NCBI GenBank assembly: GCA_964016885.1
Contig: OZ024745.1
Location: 17,670,001 to 17,734,000 of the forward strand
Direction: 5' to 3'
From: Eledone cirrhosa
Taxonomy: Eukaryota
Length of the DNA: 64,000 bases
A model generated the notes under the pieces. It was not told the DNA's origin. It worked only from the letters and a program-made list of their open reading frames with translations, and made no database searches. Positions 14,481-30,364 of the stretch are shown here, one piece after another. Positions within the stretch are counted from its first letter, which is position 1; each line of letters begins with the position of its first letter. The position numbers and the translations under genes were made by a program.

Positions 14481-14742
14481 GTGCATGTGAAGCTTCGATT
14501 ATTGGAATTATATTAATACATGTTGATTTTAGTAGAAGTTATTTTTTAAGATGTGTGGTATGTGACAGAATTTAATATCCTAAGCATTAGACTATGTCGA
14601 TCATTAAAACTGCGAAATTTTGGCATAGTGTATATACACATGTGAATCTGTGTGCCTCTGTGTGTATTTTTTTATATATGTATGTCTCTCTCTCTCTCTC
14701 TCTCTCTTTCCCTCTCTCTCTCTATCTATCTATTTCTCTAAC

Positions 14743-14826
<84 letters not shown>

Positions 14827-15233
14827 ATTCGGAATCTGTGTACATTTAATTTCCGTTTTGGGTAAGATATGATAGAATGTATGGAAGGAGCTTTACAATT
14901 CTATTTTTAAAAAAAGACACACACAAAAATGTCAGGTACTGTATGTCTGTCAGGAAATATATGAGTGTAAAAAATTAGAAGACAACTTCTATAGCTTTCG
15001 GCATATCACTGATTATCTATCTACCTTTCAATCTCTCAATCTCTCTATCTGCATATATAAACATATATTTTTCTAAGTATCTATGTTTCTATTTACATAG
15101 TTATTGATCTATATTCTATCTATACGTCAGTCTGTCGGTCTGACAGAATGTCTAGCCGATATTTTGTCTTTCTCTCTCTCACATACTTTGTCTTTCTTGC
15201 AATTATATAAATATATATAAAGATATATATGCA

Positions 15234-15264
<31 letters not shown>

Positions 15265-15265
15265 G

Positions 15266-15309
<44 letters not shown>

Positions 15310-15310
<1 letters not shown>

Positions 15311-15404
15311 AGGATGTCCCAAAAATGTATACACACTTAGATTATCTGTACAAGTAATATTTATTAGAATGCTGTTGAAGTATATACATTTTTGGGACAC
15401 TCTG
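15310..15404. mobile_element. Tc1/mariner-type MITE inside (TA)n
   Basis: Terminal inverted repeats CAGGATGTCCCAAAAATGTATA and TATACATTTTTGGGACACTCTG, with TA-rich flanks. Confidence 0.75.
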
Positions 15405-15423
15405 TATATATATATACATATAG

Positions 15424-15509
<86 letters not shown>

Positions 15510-15521
15510 GCAAGAAAGACA

Positions 15522-15632
<111 letters not shown>

Positions 15633-16067
15633 TATGAGGGAGAGGGAGAGAGATGTTTTTCACTGAAGCATTATATGTTTCTCTAAATATATCTTTTTTC
15701 ATTCTATCTTAATAAGATATCAAGTAATTTCCGAATGCTTCCTATTCCATAGATATATCTCTTGGCTTCCCGTTAGACAGGAATTCACCAACATTTTGAC
15801 ATGAATTCTTACACATTGAAAGATTTTTTTCGGTCACATTTAACATAAAAGAATATAACTTCAGCGTCTATGTATTTAAAATGTCTAATTGAATACACTA
15901 ATCTGTGTTCACCCTACTCTACCACGGCAATGTAAAAGATTCTCATGAACATGACAAACTCTCACACACTCTATCTCATATATATATTTATTCATATTAT
16001 GTATGCATCGATACATACACACACACACACGTACACGTACACGTACACACAAACACACACACACGCG

Positions 16068-16132
<65 letters not shown>

Positions 16133-16200
16133 TAATTTAGAGTTATCACTCAGGAGTCAAATACAATTATTAAGCTCTAAGAAATATTTCTGAGCAGTAC

Positions 16201-16834
16201 AATTCTAGTTAATATAAAAAATTATGATCAACACTAATGTGTTTTCATTGCAAATTGACAATAATTTAGCCAGATAGAAATACCTTAATTCAAATACATA
16301 TAGTCTGCGTGTATCGATCTAAAAAATAATAAATCTATACTCACAGGTGTCTATCGGCAACAGCCATGGTGCCCATACAGGTTTAAATTTCAAAATTCAA
16401 ACCTTTTCAGCAGATCAGTCCGAACTTCAAAAAATAAACTTGTTTCACAAAGGATGGTATACTATTGAAATAATTAATTAATTATGGAATAACTATTTAT
16501 GAAATAATTATTAGTGAAATAATCAATTTTCTGTGATTCTCAATAGTTATTCCATAATTAATTAATTATTTCAATAGTATACCATCCTTTGTGAAACAAG
16601 TTTATTTTTTGAAGTTCGGACTGATCTGCTGAAAAGGTTTGAATTTTGAAATTTAAACTTGTATGGGCACCATGGCTGTTGCCGATAGACATCTGTGAGT
16701 ATAGATTTATTATTTTTTAGATCGATACAAGCAGACTATAGGTATTTGAATTAAGGTATTTTTATCTGGCTAAATTATTGTCAATTTGCAATGAAAACAC
16801 ATTAGTGTTGATCATCATTTTTTATATTAACTAG

Positions 16835-16838
<4 letters not shown>
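16201..16838. repeat. Long fold-back inverted repeat (about 297-bp arms, 44-nt loop)
   Basis: 16201-16497 is the reverse complement of 16542-16838 with only scattered mismatches. Abuts (TA)n. Confidence 0.93.
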
Positions 16839-16871
<33 letters not shown>

Positions 16872-16876
<5 letters not shown>

Positions 16877-17120
16877 CTTCAGGTTTGTTGGTTCACCACT
16901 GGATAGAATTGGTAATTCCGTATGGTCAATCTTGGTGAAAGCAGCTAGTTGGTCAGTCTGTCTCTGATTTTTCGGACCCATGGTTTTTACATGTTTCTTT
17001 GTTATATTTCGAATACTTGATGATATCACCGGATTCATATGGAAACCGATCATTGAAATGATCATAGAATAATAAACCTTTCAAGGATTTACACCAGTCC
17101 AGCCTCCTGTTACTTTAATT
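16872..17120 (+). mobile_element. Probable solo Penelope-type pLTR remnant with a degenerate hammerhead motif
   Basis: Lies between (TA)n tracts. TTGATGA (17017-17023) ... GAAA-TGATCA-TA (17055-17066) with palindromic stem III. Stem I is imperfect. Confidence 0.5.
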
Positions 17121-17597
17121 ATATACATATATATATATATATATATACATATATATACATGTATAAGTACATGTGTATGTGTGTGCGTACATGTGTATGT
17201 GTATGTGTGTGTTTGCATGTCCAGTAGCAACAGGAAGGGACAGCCTTCTCTATATAAACAGTGTTAAATTATTATTATCCGTACACAAGAAAAGTTATTG
17301 CGCAACATTACATTTCATAGTCTGAAAATGTTACCAAATTGCAATTGATGTGTGTTAGTTTCAGGCAATGGCGTAGAAAATGATGGATGGTATTTCACGG
17401 AATATCTTGTAAAATGTGAGTTTAACAGAAATGTAAAATTAGTAATAGGGAGATAACTCTGCGTTGACTTGCTTTAATCATTTACACTAACTAGTTATAC
17501 AGTGAGTGTATAGCGAAGGTGAAATTGGGATAAGCTGAATTATTATGTGCTGTGATGACACTGATGTTGTTCATGTAAAATACAAAGGCCGATAGAG

Positions 17598-17764
17598 CAT
17601 GGCACGCGTGACGGCGAAACTCATTTCCACAGCTGAGTGAACTGGAGTAACGTGAAATAAAGTGTCTTGCTCAAGAAATCAACGAAATCACCAGGTCCGA
17701 GAATGGAACTCACAAACTCTCAATTTCAAGCCCAGCGATCTGACCAATAAGCTAAGCGCCTTCA
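17598..17764 (-). mobile_element. tRNA-derived SINE family B copy
   Basis: Minus strand reads GAAGGCGCTTAGCTTATTGG..GAGTTCCATTC..CTTGAGCAAGACACTTTATTTCACG, similar to 41552 and 63189. Confidence 0.7.
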
Positions 17765-18548
17765 CAAACGATAATAAGTTTTGGTATATATTAGGAGACT
17801 CACCTGACATTGACTCATAACATTTTGAGTAACACAAAAGAGAAAAAATACATACCATATATTAGTTGTAAAACTGTATATTTCCTTAATAACTATATGC
17901 AATTATGGAGCAGGTGTGGGTGCATCAGTGGTGTCTGATATACTGAATAATTGCTGAGTGCTTTATGAAGAAGAGAATATTCAGTGTATTTTCAGTGTAG
18001 GCAACAGACTATCTCGAAACTGATGTTTATCCCGATGTTTATCCCGAGATCCAAGGTGGTAATTGACTGATGGTACAAGACACCCTCTTCCTGGACAGGA
18101 CGCTAGTCCAACGCTATTTTAAACATGCATCTACTGTTGGTACCAATTTTAAGCTGAGTATACTGAATTAACCTGAAATTCAGCGCTTAGCTCAAGCAGA
18201 TTCCAGGAAGCAAAGCTACGGCCTTATTATCGTAATTCCAATATACCCTTACCACTAGTACACGTACCTCTGTAGGTAGCATTATATAAATTGTAATTAG
18301 AATTAAAGTAAAGTAGTAATAAATTAAGTTATGGGGGTTAGATCCTTGACGACGTGAAAGCGAAATTCAAATTGTAGAATCCGAATTCATTATCACTAAC
18401 TATGTAGGAAACAATAATACGCATTCCATTAAGTAACCAAAATTGTCATATGCCAATAAAATCGGACTTCCACGCTAGAATAGATAGATATTGCGAAGTA
18501 AATCATTATGGTGAAAGATATCAAGCACATATAATAATCACGAATAAT

Positions 18549-18590
<42 letters not shown>

Positions 18591-21500
18591 ATGTGTGTGT
18601 GTTTGTGTGTGTTAATGTGTATAGAATTGTTTAGTAGGTGATTATATCGCCCAACGTGAAACATATCTGGTGACGTAGTAGCATCTATAGACTAAATATA
18701 TTTTTTAAGTCAAATGGTTATTCAACATTTTTATATATAGTCGCCATTAAATACATCTTTACTGCAATATATCAGACATTGATATATATCTGAAATATAT
18801 AAAACCACAGACAGAAAACAATATTTGAATATATGTTAGCAGTGTTGCAAATGATATCTCATTACATGTTGTCAACATAAAACAACATCCTTCTATAGCA
18901 TCAGCAGTTGATTATACTATTTCACATCTCACCACATACAAACAATTAGACATCGAATTAGGGAACAATGCTCATCTCTCTAATGAAAATACAGTTTTAT
19001 AAATATTCAAAAGCGCATTTTCGTCTCTCATGAATATGTCTGCTTATTTTATTGTTACGATATCCTTTGTACAAGGTTTTGTTACTAGACAATTTTAGTG
19101 ATGGCCTGGAACGTATGTGAATCACATTTTTAGATGAAAGACCATAGACAGTATTAGTAATGTATCACTTGCAGTTAATGTGTGGGTTTACTCTTTCTAT
19201 TTCAGGTGATATATATGTAAATGTTTAAACAAAGTATATTAGCAATCCACATATATAATTCAGAAGTGAACAAGAGAAGATAGCACATTTTATGTTGAAG
19301 AGAACAAATATGTGAAGCGCTAAAAGATAAACTCAAGTGAAATGCATGATTAAATTACACATTGAAAGAAAGGTTTGTATAACTTAGTTACTAAGTAACA
19401 CCATATGTACATGCTGTAATTTAGCAATTGTTTCTTCAATAAATGCCTGTATATAATCTCTTATGAACATTCAACCTGGGGTTAAACTAATATGAAATGA
19501 TAAAGAAATCGACAAAAATCATATATTTGAAGTAAATAATATGCCCCGTAAGTATATATATATTTTGTATTGTGCAGTATGATTTATAACTATTTTCAAC
19601 ACGCCAATCGCTCAACCACACAAAAGTATGTGAAATATGAATTTCAAAATATTTTGAGTGTAGAATGTTTAACATAGATTTCAAATTATGTGATGAGAAT
19701 TTATACGACGTACATCCACTATGATTCCTGATTAAATTATGAGTAAACTAATGCAATACGTAAAGTGTTAATTATTTATCTAGGGTCTGTGTATACTCAC
19801 ATAACTATATATATATATATATATATATATCCGTATGTGTGTCTGTAGTTTTATGTAAAGTGCATCAGCAATGGAGAACTCTGATTTATGCAATTTAGCG
19901 TAATTTCCCAACATGATATTTAATTGTCACATATGCAGCTAATACAAACGAAATAGACGCCGCCTACATATGTTTAAATGTTTTCTAGAGACAACTTGAA
20001 CTGAACAAATTATTAAAATATTCGTTTGACACACGAAAAACACTCACCTTCTCTCGTTTAAGTCTTACTGGACGAGTGGCAAGTATCAACGTAACAACTG
20101 GGTATATATCAGGGATGCAATTAAAATACTAATAATATCAAAGCCCCTATATTTTTTCTAGGGTAAGTGTTTCTCCGGGACTTTGCCGGATGTATCCTTT
20201 CTTTCAGTTGAAACCTGACCTCCGTACTACCCACCGTCGCACTCTCAGTCACTAATTATATAGGATGACAGGCGTTTTGAAAATTCCATGATAGTTTAAA
20301 ATGTGTCATTAATATAAATCTGGTATTACCGAGACTTCAATACCGTCACGAGATGTCGCAATAACTTACGCTGCTTGTGCAGGGCTAAATTCGAGTGCTA
20401 CTTGTCAGGCTGGTGCGTGGACTAGGCGAGTTCCTCCAGAAATGAAACTTGCAGAATATCTAACATTGTACACTATACTATCGTTGCTTTAGTAATATAT
20501 GTAACCATGATATCTTTAAAATAATTTGTATATTTAAATTATCATTTTATTCTATGAAAAATTATTCATGTTTTACGGCCTTTCTAAACATTATCACCAA
20601 GATCTGAGAATATTTGATCCTTGTGAAATAGTGCAGATAGCAATTGCTATTGATTCAATCAAAGATGATTTCTAGCTAAGATGAAGTTGACACTCAAGTA
20701 TTTGTCTTCAGACAATTGCTAATGAAATTCCTGGTACAATGTGAGGCCTATCTTGATTTTAATCACTGCTAGGATGGAAAAGTCTCAAAGCCTATAAATA
20801 CATAAACGAAACGTGTGCCCACGCGTACAGATATTGAGAAGTTAAGTGCATTTAACTTGTCAAATCGAGAATTCCAATTACAGTTGATTAATTCAATGTT
20901 GTCATTTTTGATCAATACATATCCATCGGTTAATTTTTCTCAATTGCATTCAGTGACATCCTCGTGATATCTCAGTTTTTATCGAATTCACTCACATTTA
21001 ACAAACAATGATGAGATATAAATAAATGCAAAACAAGTGAGACGTGCAATTGACCTTGGTTAGAAATGTTCCTGTTTCACTATAGAGGTTATAAATGTAC
21101 GTGCTCTGCATAATCACTCATGATATATTCGTTTTTTAACACAGGTATTAGTCACATATACGCTGGCCATAACACATTCTGACTGATATAATCTGAAAAG
21201 TAGAAGCACAAATTATTCAATGAATAGTTAATAAGTTCGGATATTTAGAGCTATTCACTCTGATGAATGTAGAACAGAATTAAACAACTCAAAACACTTA
21301 TGCCAAATATATATAGGACCTGTCATTAAGTTTCACAAAGAAGACTAATAATCCATCTCCAAATAACCCTTCCCCACTTCGTCCCGTGTGACAGGATGAA
21401 GCCGACGGGGAACGAGGGAGGAAACGTGCTGGAAAAGCCAGTTCACCTCACGAGACGTGCACCTGCGGGCAGCCCACTCAAATCAGTGAGCTGGCTTTTG

Positions 21501-22130
21501 GTTCGAGTCCCAAGAACACCGGGGACTTCACTGCTACATGCTCTACTATAAACGTAACATAGAGCAGCTGATATGTGGAGAGTTTTCTCACTTCGTCCTG
21601 GCCTAACCCCGTGGATAGGGAAGATTCTCTGCTCTCTGGCCCTTTGCCGTCCCCTTGGTCCAGCTCTACGTCCTCAAATTGGGAAGGGAAGTATAACAAT
21701 TGCAAAATACAATTTTGAAATTGTATTGTGTTTTCCGGCATGCTATCCTATTGTCTCCCTTAAAACTCACGTACGTGAACCTAATTGTATAGTTTAATAT
21801 GAATTTACATTGTGGGGACCACATATTTTCGTAAAATTATACAATTGTAGATGGGTGTGTTTTGATAACATTTAAACGAGTTGAAGATTCAGTTGTTTTT
21901 TTAAAACTTTCCGACGGAATTAATCATTGTTTTTGATCAATTGATTCGAAATCTGGATGGCAATATTTGATGGATCGTTTTCAAACCTCAGGCTAGTATC
22001 ATATCAGCCTTATTCGCTCGCTGTTTCTTCTGAATTTACATATTAACGAAACGAGAGAATTGTAGTTTGGCCAACAAGGAGATTGAAATAAATAATTTTC
22101 CTTGAATAAATTGTTTTGCGTGATAATTAG

Positions 22131-22314
22131 TTGTTTCTACTTTTGGCACAAGGCCAGCAATTACTCACTACATTACTGGTACTTTATTTTATCGACCCCG
22201 TAAGGATGAAAGGAAAAGTTAACCTCGACAGGATTTGAACTCAGGCCCTAAAGGGACGTAACATGCTGGAATGCATGGCGTGCGACCCTCTACCGATATT
22301 GCCAATTCAATGCC
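22131..22314 (-). mobile_element. SINE family A copy
   Basis: Full match to family A. Imperfect TSD GTTTTG(C/A)GTG(A/T)TAATTAG. Confidence 0.85.
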
Positions 22315-24789
22315 GTTTTGAGTGTTAATTAGTGATGTTGAAATATTAGATATCTTCATTATCGATTTAACCAACATGTTCTATTACCGATGCTCATATA
22401 GCTTCTTTAGCTTCTACAACTCTATGTATCCCATAATTTACGTTTTCCAAATTTTCCACCGTTACCTTATTTTTTTATTCTAAATCTACGGTACACATCT
22501 TATAGTTATTATCCATTGAAATAGCTATTCCCAAAGAATAAAATATATTTCAATCTTACACACGAACATCACGTTTTTTATTCATGGCAAAAAGACATTA
22601 ATTTAAAATATAAACAATAAATTAATATATAGAGATACGAATTTTTCATGTTGTATTGAAAATACTTCACACATGCAGTTTAAATTTAGAGATAGTAATA
22701 TTTCACAAAATGAATATGCTGAATGTCAGAAACGTTAAAATACTGGACAACTTGTATTGGTCTATTTAATAACTCATTCTAATTTCTATGTTCAAATTCT
22801 ACTAGTATTAACTTTGCCTTTAATTATTGTGGTTTTTTATAGCTTGTGAATGTTTCTGGGATTAGGATCGATTTAATCAATTCTGTGCACCCAAGCATTT
22901 ATGATATTATGCCAATATGATAAATCAATATCTCGAATAAACAATATGATGGTTTTATTGAGAATGCAAAATACATATCAACAGATCAGCTTTTATTTGT
23001 TTCAAATATCAATATCAATATATGAGGAGAATTGAAAAACAATATAGATTATATTATGCGATTTTGAAGCATGTGTTAGTGCAAAACCCCCACAGCGCCA
23101 ATAGTATGACCTTTTATAAAATTTTCTTTTTTTGTTTCTTTTCATCTTTGAAAAGTATTGGAGAAAATAAAAATTAAAAGTATGGAAATGGTATGTGAAG
23201 TAGAAAACAAGAGTAGAATCGAAAATAATATTAAATTATAGTTTGGAGATATATATCTCTATTTATTGTTATTAAATTGATACAAAAAATTAGTGGAAGC
23301 AATTCTAAGCATAGTGCTATACGGTTTTAAATGATTGGGCTTTCCTCTAAGGTCTCGCCATACACTTCTAGATTCATCAGTACAATGGAATACTTGAGTA
23401 TCAAAGAAGTCTTACTGTACTACGGGATTAGTTTAACCCATGTTTAAAAACTGACATGTTAGATGCTTTTAGAGGAGTTTTCAAAATTAACACATTCTGC
23501 CACGTTCTATTCATATGTAACTTTTGTTACAAGGCATCATGTACTTATTAAATATGTTACACATTCAATGTATGTAGATTGACAAAATTATTAGACTCTC
23601 AGCAGAATTCCTTTTCATATTGACATTGAATCCCTTTCCTTTCTTTGTTTAAATTCAGTGATGGATCACGTTGCCTTACTTTTTAGAGGATGCAGCATAA
23701 ATATCTATTAAGTAGTTCAGTCAAAGTAATCGACTATACATTTGCACCAAAATATGTATACCATTTCCTAATATCTAAAAAAAAGTGATCTAGAATCTGT
23801 CTGGAAGTTTCTTAGGGCAGTGTTTATCCCGGTTTCTGTGGTAATAAGCGACTGATAATACAAAACACTCCTCCAACGCTGAACAGCATGCCTGTCCGTT
23901 GCTACTACTGGTACTCAATTTTAGCTGAGTATATGGAGAAACGTGAAATGTTTCGTCCAAGAAACAACACACAAACCACACATTTTCTACTGTAGACTTA
24001 TATATTCTACACTATTTCTATTTTCAATGGTCAGATGCTAAGTTTACACGCCCATGCTAAATAAAGTTAATATGTATGTAGATGTAATGACACAATCAAT
24101 AATGCTAAGAGGTAAAGATAAATTTGAGATAAACTACTTTGCAAAAGAGGATGCATTTATGTTTAAAAAAAAAAGCACATTTTTCCCTCGGACTAAATCC
24201 TTGAATGAAATGTCGATAAAAATTTAAGCTGGAAAATCTAAATAAACCGTATATGGACGTGACTCACAGGATGGGTTCTTAGATTATTAGGACATTCAGA
24301 TGGAGAGATATTCATCCTTCTCATCTCGATCTTTGCCTTGGAGCAACATGTATATTGTTTCGTTTGATGTATGACAGACGCTTTCATCCATACACACTTT
24401 ACTTTCGGCTGTTGTGGGATTGTTCGCCTCTCTTTGCTGTGCAGTGTCGTTCGCTCATTTTCTAGTTGTTGCGGTATCCATGATAAGTTTCTGTTAAAAA
24501 AGACTTACATTACCAAGTCACGACATCCCCGCAGGTGTGTCGATCCAATTCCGACAGTTGAATAGCAACAATAATAATAAGAAGGTTGATAATACTTCTA
24601 TTAGCACGGTGAAGAAAATTACGTGTGGACGCGTGTGGGTTGGTGGTTAGAGTCTATTTAGACGTGGTTTATATTTCTAACGCGAAATTAACGAAACAGA
24701 ATTTCGGTGCCTAATATCGAGATCTTCCTTAACCAATCAAATTGTTCTTCAAAGATATAGCAATCTGAGCCACATTATTTGCTTAAAAG

Positions 24790-24974
24790 TATCGGTATTG
24801 GCAGTATCGGTAGAGGGTTGGACGCCATGCTTTCTAGCATAGTTACGTCCCTTTACGGTTTGAGTTCAAATCAAGCTGAGGTTAACTTTGCCTTTCATTC
24901 TTACGGGGTCGATAAAATAAAGTACCAGTAATGTACTGGGTTATTGCTGGCCTTGTGCCTAAAGTAGAAACAAT
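24790..24974 (+). mobile_element. SINE family A copy with TSD
   Basis: A box TGGCAGTATCGG, B box GAGTTCAAATC. TSD TATTTGCTTAAAAG at 24776-24789 and 24975-24988. Confidence 0.9.
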
Positions 24975-25640
24975 TATTTGCTTAAAAGGAAAATAAATTT
25001 ACATACATTAAATGCGAGTTAGAAGTCGTCATATCCACGTATTCCTCTATCTCTCTTCACTTTTGAAAATCATGAAATTTGTGTAACCGGTAAAGTAAAA
25101 AATAAACCTTCTGAAAGACTGCAATTGCATTTTCAACTTCCTTTTCCTATATTGATACGCTTATGGGAAATATTAAATGCTTTAAATTAGAATACATATA
25201 TTATAACAGTTAAACGGAAATAACAAAAATAGTAAAACAAACGGCACAGTGCATGGAAGAAATATATATATTCATATATATATATATATATGGGGGGGGG
25301 TTCTATGGGTGTCTGTCTGTGTGTGTGTTGTGTGTGAATGAGTGTATTCGTATGTGAGTGTGAATAAATATCTGTAGTCGTAAAACATTTGTCTATGATC
25401 TTATGGATATTTACACAATAATGTCCTTATCGTCACTACGTAGATTTAGTTTTCAATGTTTACCTGGTTGGACACCAAAATATATGAATATTACGTTCTT
25501 TTTATATATTTCTACATATAAAAACTTATCTTTCTGTCGATAAGACGATACCAAGGGATTTTAAAATTGTTACCTTTAAGTATAATGTTCCATTTTATAT
25601 AGAATTTTTTAATAAATCAATAATCTCGGTCTTTACCTCA

Positions 25641-25737
<97 letters not shown>

Positions 25738-26569
25738 TTATATATATATATATGTATATCATCACCATCATCGTTTAACGTCTATCGTCCAAACTATATA
25801 TATACATATATATAAATGAAAGGTATAGAAAACATTGTAGCAAAAAGCCAACAGTATTCAATAGTATATATATATATAATAGCAAAATATATCCAATAGA
25901 TAGATAGCATTGATGTAGATAAAATTATATCATTTTATGTTTTTTTTCTACTGGTATTGGTATTTTGTGACATATGTTAAGATTCGATAACACCCATGTG
26001 AAAGGAGACAATGTAACACTGTATAGTTTACCATAAATGTGTCTTTCGTTTTATTTCTTGGAATATAATGTTTTTATGCTAAGAAAATGTATAAGGAATA
26101 CAAAGCAATCATTTACGAAGCGGTTGTAAAATATCGATGTAGCTGGAAAGGCCCTACATATAGCGCTGTCGAGCATCATCATGAAGCTGTTTTAAGTAGC
26201 TTACTGTAATAATTATTGAATAAATCCTAAACACAACATCTGGTAAGAATACTTTATAGATGTTTGAACGAGGTTGCCAGTAATTGGAAACCTGGAAATT
26301 GTATTGGAACATGTCAAGATTATAGAGTGTATTACTTCTGAAGGATTTGTTAATTTTATGGTCGTAATATATAGATGTGAAAAATACTTCAGATTTGTTT
26401 ATGTCCATTTATTCATTGCAAGCGCAACCAACTGCATATATACAATGCCAAAATAAATTAAAATATACGCACACGCTAAAGTATTATGCATATATATATA
26501 CAATGTTCACAATATATATATATAATATTGAAGCAAAGTCATGGGAAGGAGCGATATATCTCCAGGTGT

Positions 26570-26722
26570 GGAACGGTGAAAACTAATGAGCTTTGTTACT
26601 CTGGAGGTTTCACCGTTCCTCATCTGAAAAGCAGGCGAAACTCTATGCCAACAAGGTCCATTATTTAGCCTTATGAAAAGAAGCTAGCAGAAAAACCACC
26701 CCTCGGGTGGTTTTTTGCTAGC
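26570..26722 (+). mobile_element. Possible non-autonomous Helitron 3' end
   Basis: Hairpin AAAAACCACC-CCTCG-GGTGGTTTTT followed by CTAG. Upstream inverted repeat GGAACGGTGAAA and TTTCACCGTTCC. Confidence 0.45.
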
Positions 26723-27099
26723 ATGTGTATTGTGCATTTAGATATTATACGCAAATATATATGCATGTAGATATGATACGTCAAATAACATCGTAAATGA
26801 CAATATACACAGAAATTGAACGCAGTCTGCGTTACACTGTCTTATGTAATCAGTAACGTAATCCATGATACATTAAAAAAAGACGATATTATATATAAAC
26901 TGCATGAGGAGAAAATTAGTGACGGAAATATATGAATGTTTATTTAAGCAATCGTTAACCGGAAGTGTTGACATTTGAAAATTTTAAAGAAGTGAATCTT
27001 TAAATATGCAATAAAATATCAAGAGTTATTAAATTTAATCAAGAGTTATGAAATTTAGTAGATACATTATGTAATATGCATTCATTATTTATTCAAAGT

Positions 27100-27160
27100 A
27101 ATAAAGTACCAGTAATGTACTGGTTAATTGCTGGCCTTGTGCCAAAAGTAGAAACAATTA
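27100..27160 (+). mobile_element. 5'-truncated SINE family A copy with TSD
   Basis: 3' 60 bp of the SINE, flanked by direct repeat ATTATTTATTCAAAGTAAT. Confidence 0.8.
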
Positions 27161-27662
27161 TTTATTCAAAGTAATCCAACTTATTTTACAAACGGGATAA
27201 AAATATATATTCTGAACGCAGTCCGCACCACTTTCTTTATTATAGTTAAAATGTTATGGCGTAGCTTCTAGTTCTGATTCAATTCTAAATGTCGCTCGCC
27301 TCATTTCAATTTTATATCCATATAAATATATATAAAGAATTAATATCTAGTAACATATATATACATACAGACGCATATCAATGCTAGCAAATATATAGGT
27401 TTTGTCTTAGTAACTTTGTGGTTCAATGCATGGGGTTGCAGAACAATAATACGAGAGACGTAAAATAAGAAAATTATAAAATTAACTTACTTACTAAAAT
27501 TTCACTCCCAACTAATTAGTTTCTGAAATGGAATAAATATACTTTCCGAAGAAAATATAGAGAATCATTTCGTCGTCAGGGAAGACTATTCTCAGCTAAG
27601 TATCCAGGCAAAGCGTGGACTCTGGAAACTTATTCAAAAATAATTCAGTGGATAGAAAATAG

Positions 27663-28149
<487 letters not shown>

Positions 28150-28732
28150 TGTGTGTGTGTGTGTGTGTGTGTGTCTGTGTGTGTGTGTGTGGAGCGAAGT
28201 TTGGAATGCAGCGAGCAACGTTTAGACCTGAATCAAAACTCCAGAGCAACAAGGCTCACTGAGTTATATTTTGAGAGAGAGAAGCGTATGTCGTTTGAGA
28301 AACACATACCATTTTTTACACATATATAGAGCAATTAATATACAGGAAATTATACAAGAAAAAAACGTAACAAATATAGCGATCTATATAATCGATTATC
28401 CACTACCTATAATCGATTCTGGTAAACCACAGAGAGATAGATTTAATCATCAATGGAACAATTTTAATATAGCCCCACACTGTTCAAAATACCTTTATAT
28501 CTATCGAGAGAAGAGATTTTTATTTAAATCTCTACCTTATATGATGTTAAAACAAACGTTTCATTCATATCATTTCCTCTATATATGTGTACACCATTCT
28601 ATGATTTCCTAAAAATATATACGCTTCTTTCTCTACATATATATCTTAATTTCAAATACTTAATGCTCTGAACTAAGGTCCATTTACATCATTTATTGAG
28701 ATACATGATCATCATATATATTAAATATATAA

Positions 28733-28870
28733 TGGTTTCTCCTTTTCGCACAAGGCTAGCAATTATCCCAGTGCTTTATTTTATTGACCCTGTAAGGATG
28801 AAAGGCAAAGTTAACCTCGGCGGGATTTGAACGCAGATCATAAAGGCCCGTAACACTTTGCTGCAATCCA
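28733..28870 (-). mobile_element. SINE family A copy, internally deleted
   Basis: GTAAGGATGAAAGGCAAAGTTAACCTCGGCGGGATTTGAAC core. Confidence 0.78.
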
Positions 28871-30280
28871 TACGTACATACATACATACACATTGAACAT
28901 CTGTCGTGCCGAGACAGGGGACATGGATGAGAGTGGGTCTAAACGAAGGTATAAACCAGACCGCGAGGCCTAGTGGTTTCGGCTTTTATGTAGCAAGCCG
29001 CTGGAGTATGAAGAATCTTTCTCGAATTGATATACAAAGGCTATTGATGAAATGCGTGAAATTAGGTCACTTGATGGGGACGGTCAGTTTGTTCAGCCAT
29101 TGCGTTAGCAGAGGATCAGCAGTGTCACAGAATAATGGGGACTGAGGGGAGGAGGGCAGAAAATAGTAGTTTTTGTCTCCACAGATTAAAATCTAAGATA
29201 AGGAAATGACATGAGAGGTAAGAAATGAGTATGGGATGGGAACAGAGGAGAAACGTTAGATGAAAGAATAAAAATATAAGACGTAATATCTAAACCATGT
29301 GTTGAACTATCTGAAGCCAGTTTCAATAGTTGTATAACACTTGTCATCATCAAGTGTAATAGTGTAATAGACGGTTTCACTTACAATTTCCATAAGGAAG
29401 TGGACATGGGTTATATTACAGTATATTCCCCTATTATAACATTGACAAAGTAATACACCCTAATAAATAATTTAAATTCATTTAACGCTTTTATGATGTT
29501 CCACATGGTTCACTTAGAAGGAATAAGAGATTGTTTTATTATTTCCGACCTTACGTCTACCGTTCTGCTATTGGTACATAATTTCTGCTACTCATACCTA
29601 ATAAGCCTTTATTTCATTAGCTAGCTTCATAACATGACAGATTTTAGCAAGAGAGTGGAAATATATTCTACAGAGTATTACATGAATTGGTGTTTACCGC
29701 TTCTAACATAATAGAGAATATAGAATATTCACTATGCTGAGCTGTAAATTAACCAGTGTGTCTGATGTAGAACTCGGCATATTATATCTATCTTTAATTA
29801 TATGAGTTTAGTATTCAACACGAATAAAGCTCGTGCGACAATGAACACACGTTAACATCATTTGAAGGTGAATGTTATATAATTTGATTTTAGTTGTCAA
29901 ACAATGCTTAAGATTAGGGAATAAATGGAAGTGTAAAATTCTAAAACAAATGTTTAAGAGGTATATCACCTAATCTATAAACCTGTGCTGATATTTATAT
30001 CAATTGAATGCATTTACCTATGTTACATGTCATTATGAGTTCTCGAGAATATACATATGCACTATGCTTATAAAAATATATATCATTATGGACTCTCTAG
30101 AATACACGTATATACTATGACCATAAACATGTAATGTTTGTCCTAAGGTTATAAGAATTTGATCAGATATTACCTCGTAGTGTTTAATATTGTGCCTGTT
30201 CTAATACCATTATATTTATGTGTGTTTAATGAAAGAGAACATTTTGCTGCATGCATTCGTGCTAAGTTTCCGATCAAAAC

Positions 30281-30364
30281 AACCTTTCTTTCAGCTCTAC
30301 AACCCTTCTTTCAGCTCTACAACTCTTCTTTCAGCTCTGCAACCCATCTTTCAGATCTACAACC
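30281..30364 (+). repeat. 20-bp minisatellite, 4 units
   Basis: Unit AACCCTTCTTTCAGCTCTAC. Confidence 0.85.

Noticed and set aside
21340-21690. GC-richer island with short ORFs
   Set aside because: No motif I can assign. Probably an old repeat fragment.
26683-26722. Rho-independent terminator-like hairpin
   Set aside because: Eukaryotic context. Better explained as a Helitron-type 3' hairpin plus CTAG.
30281-30364. CRISPR-like array
   Set aside because: Head-to-tail 20-bp units without spacers, in eukaryotic context.
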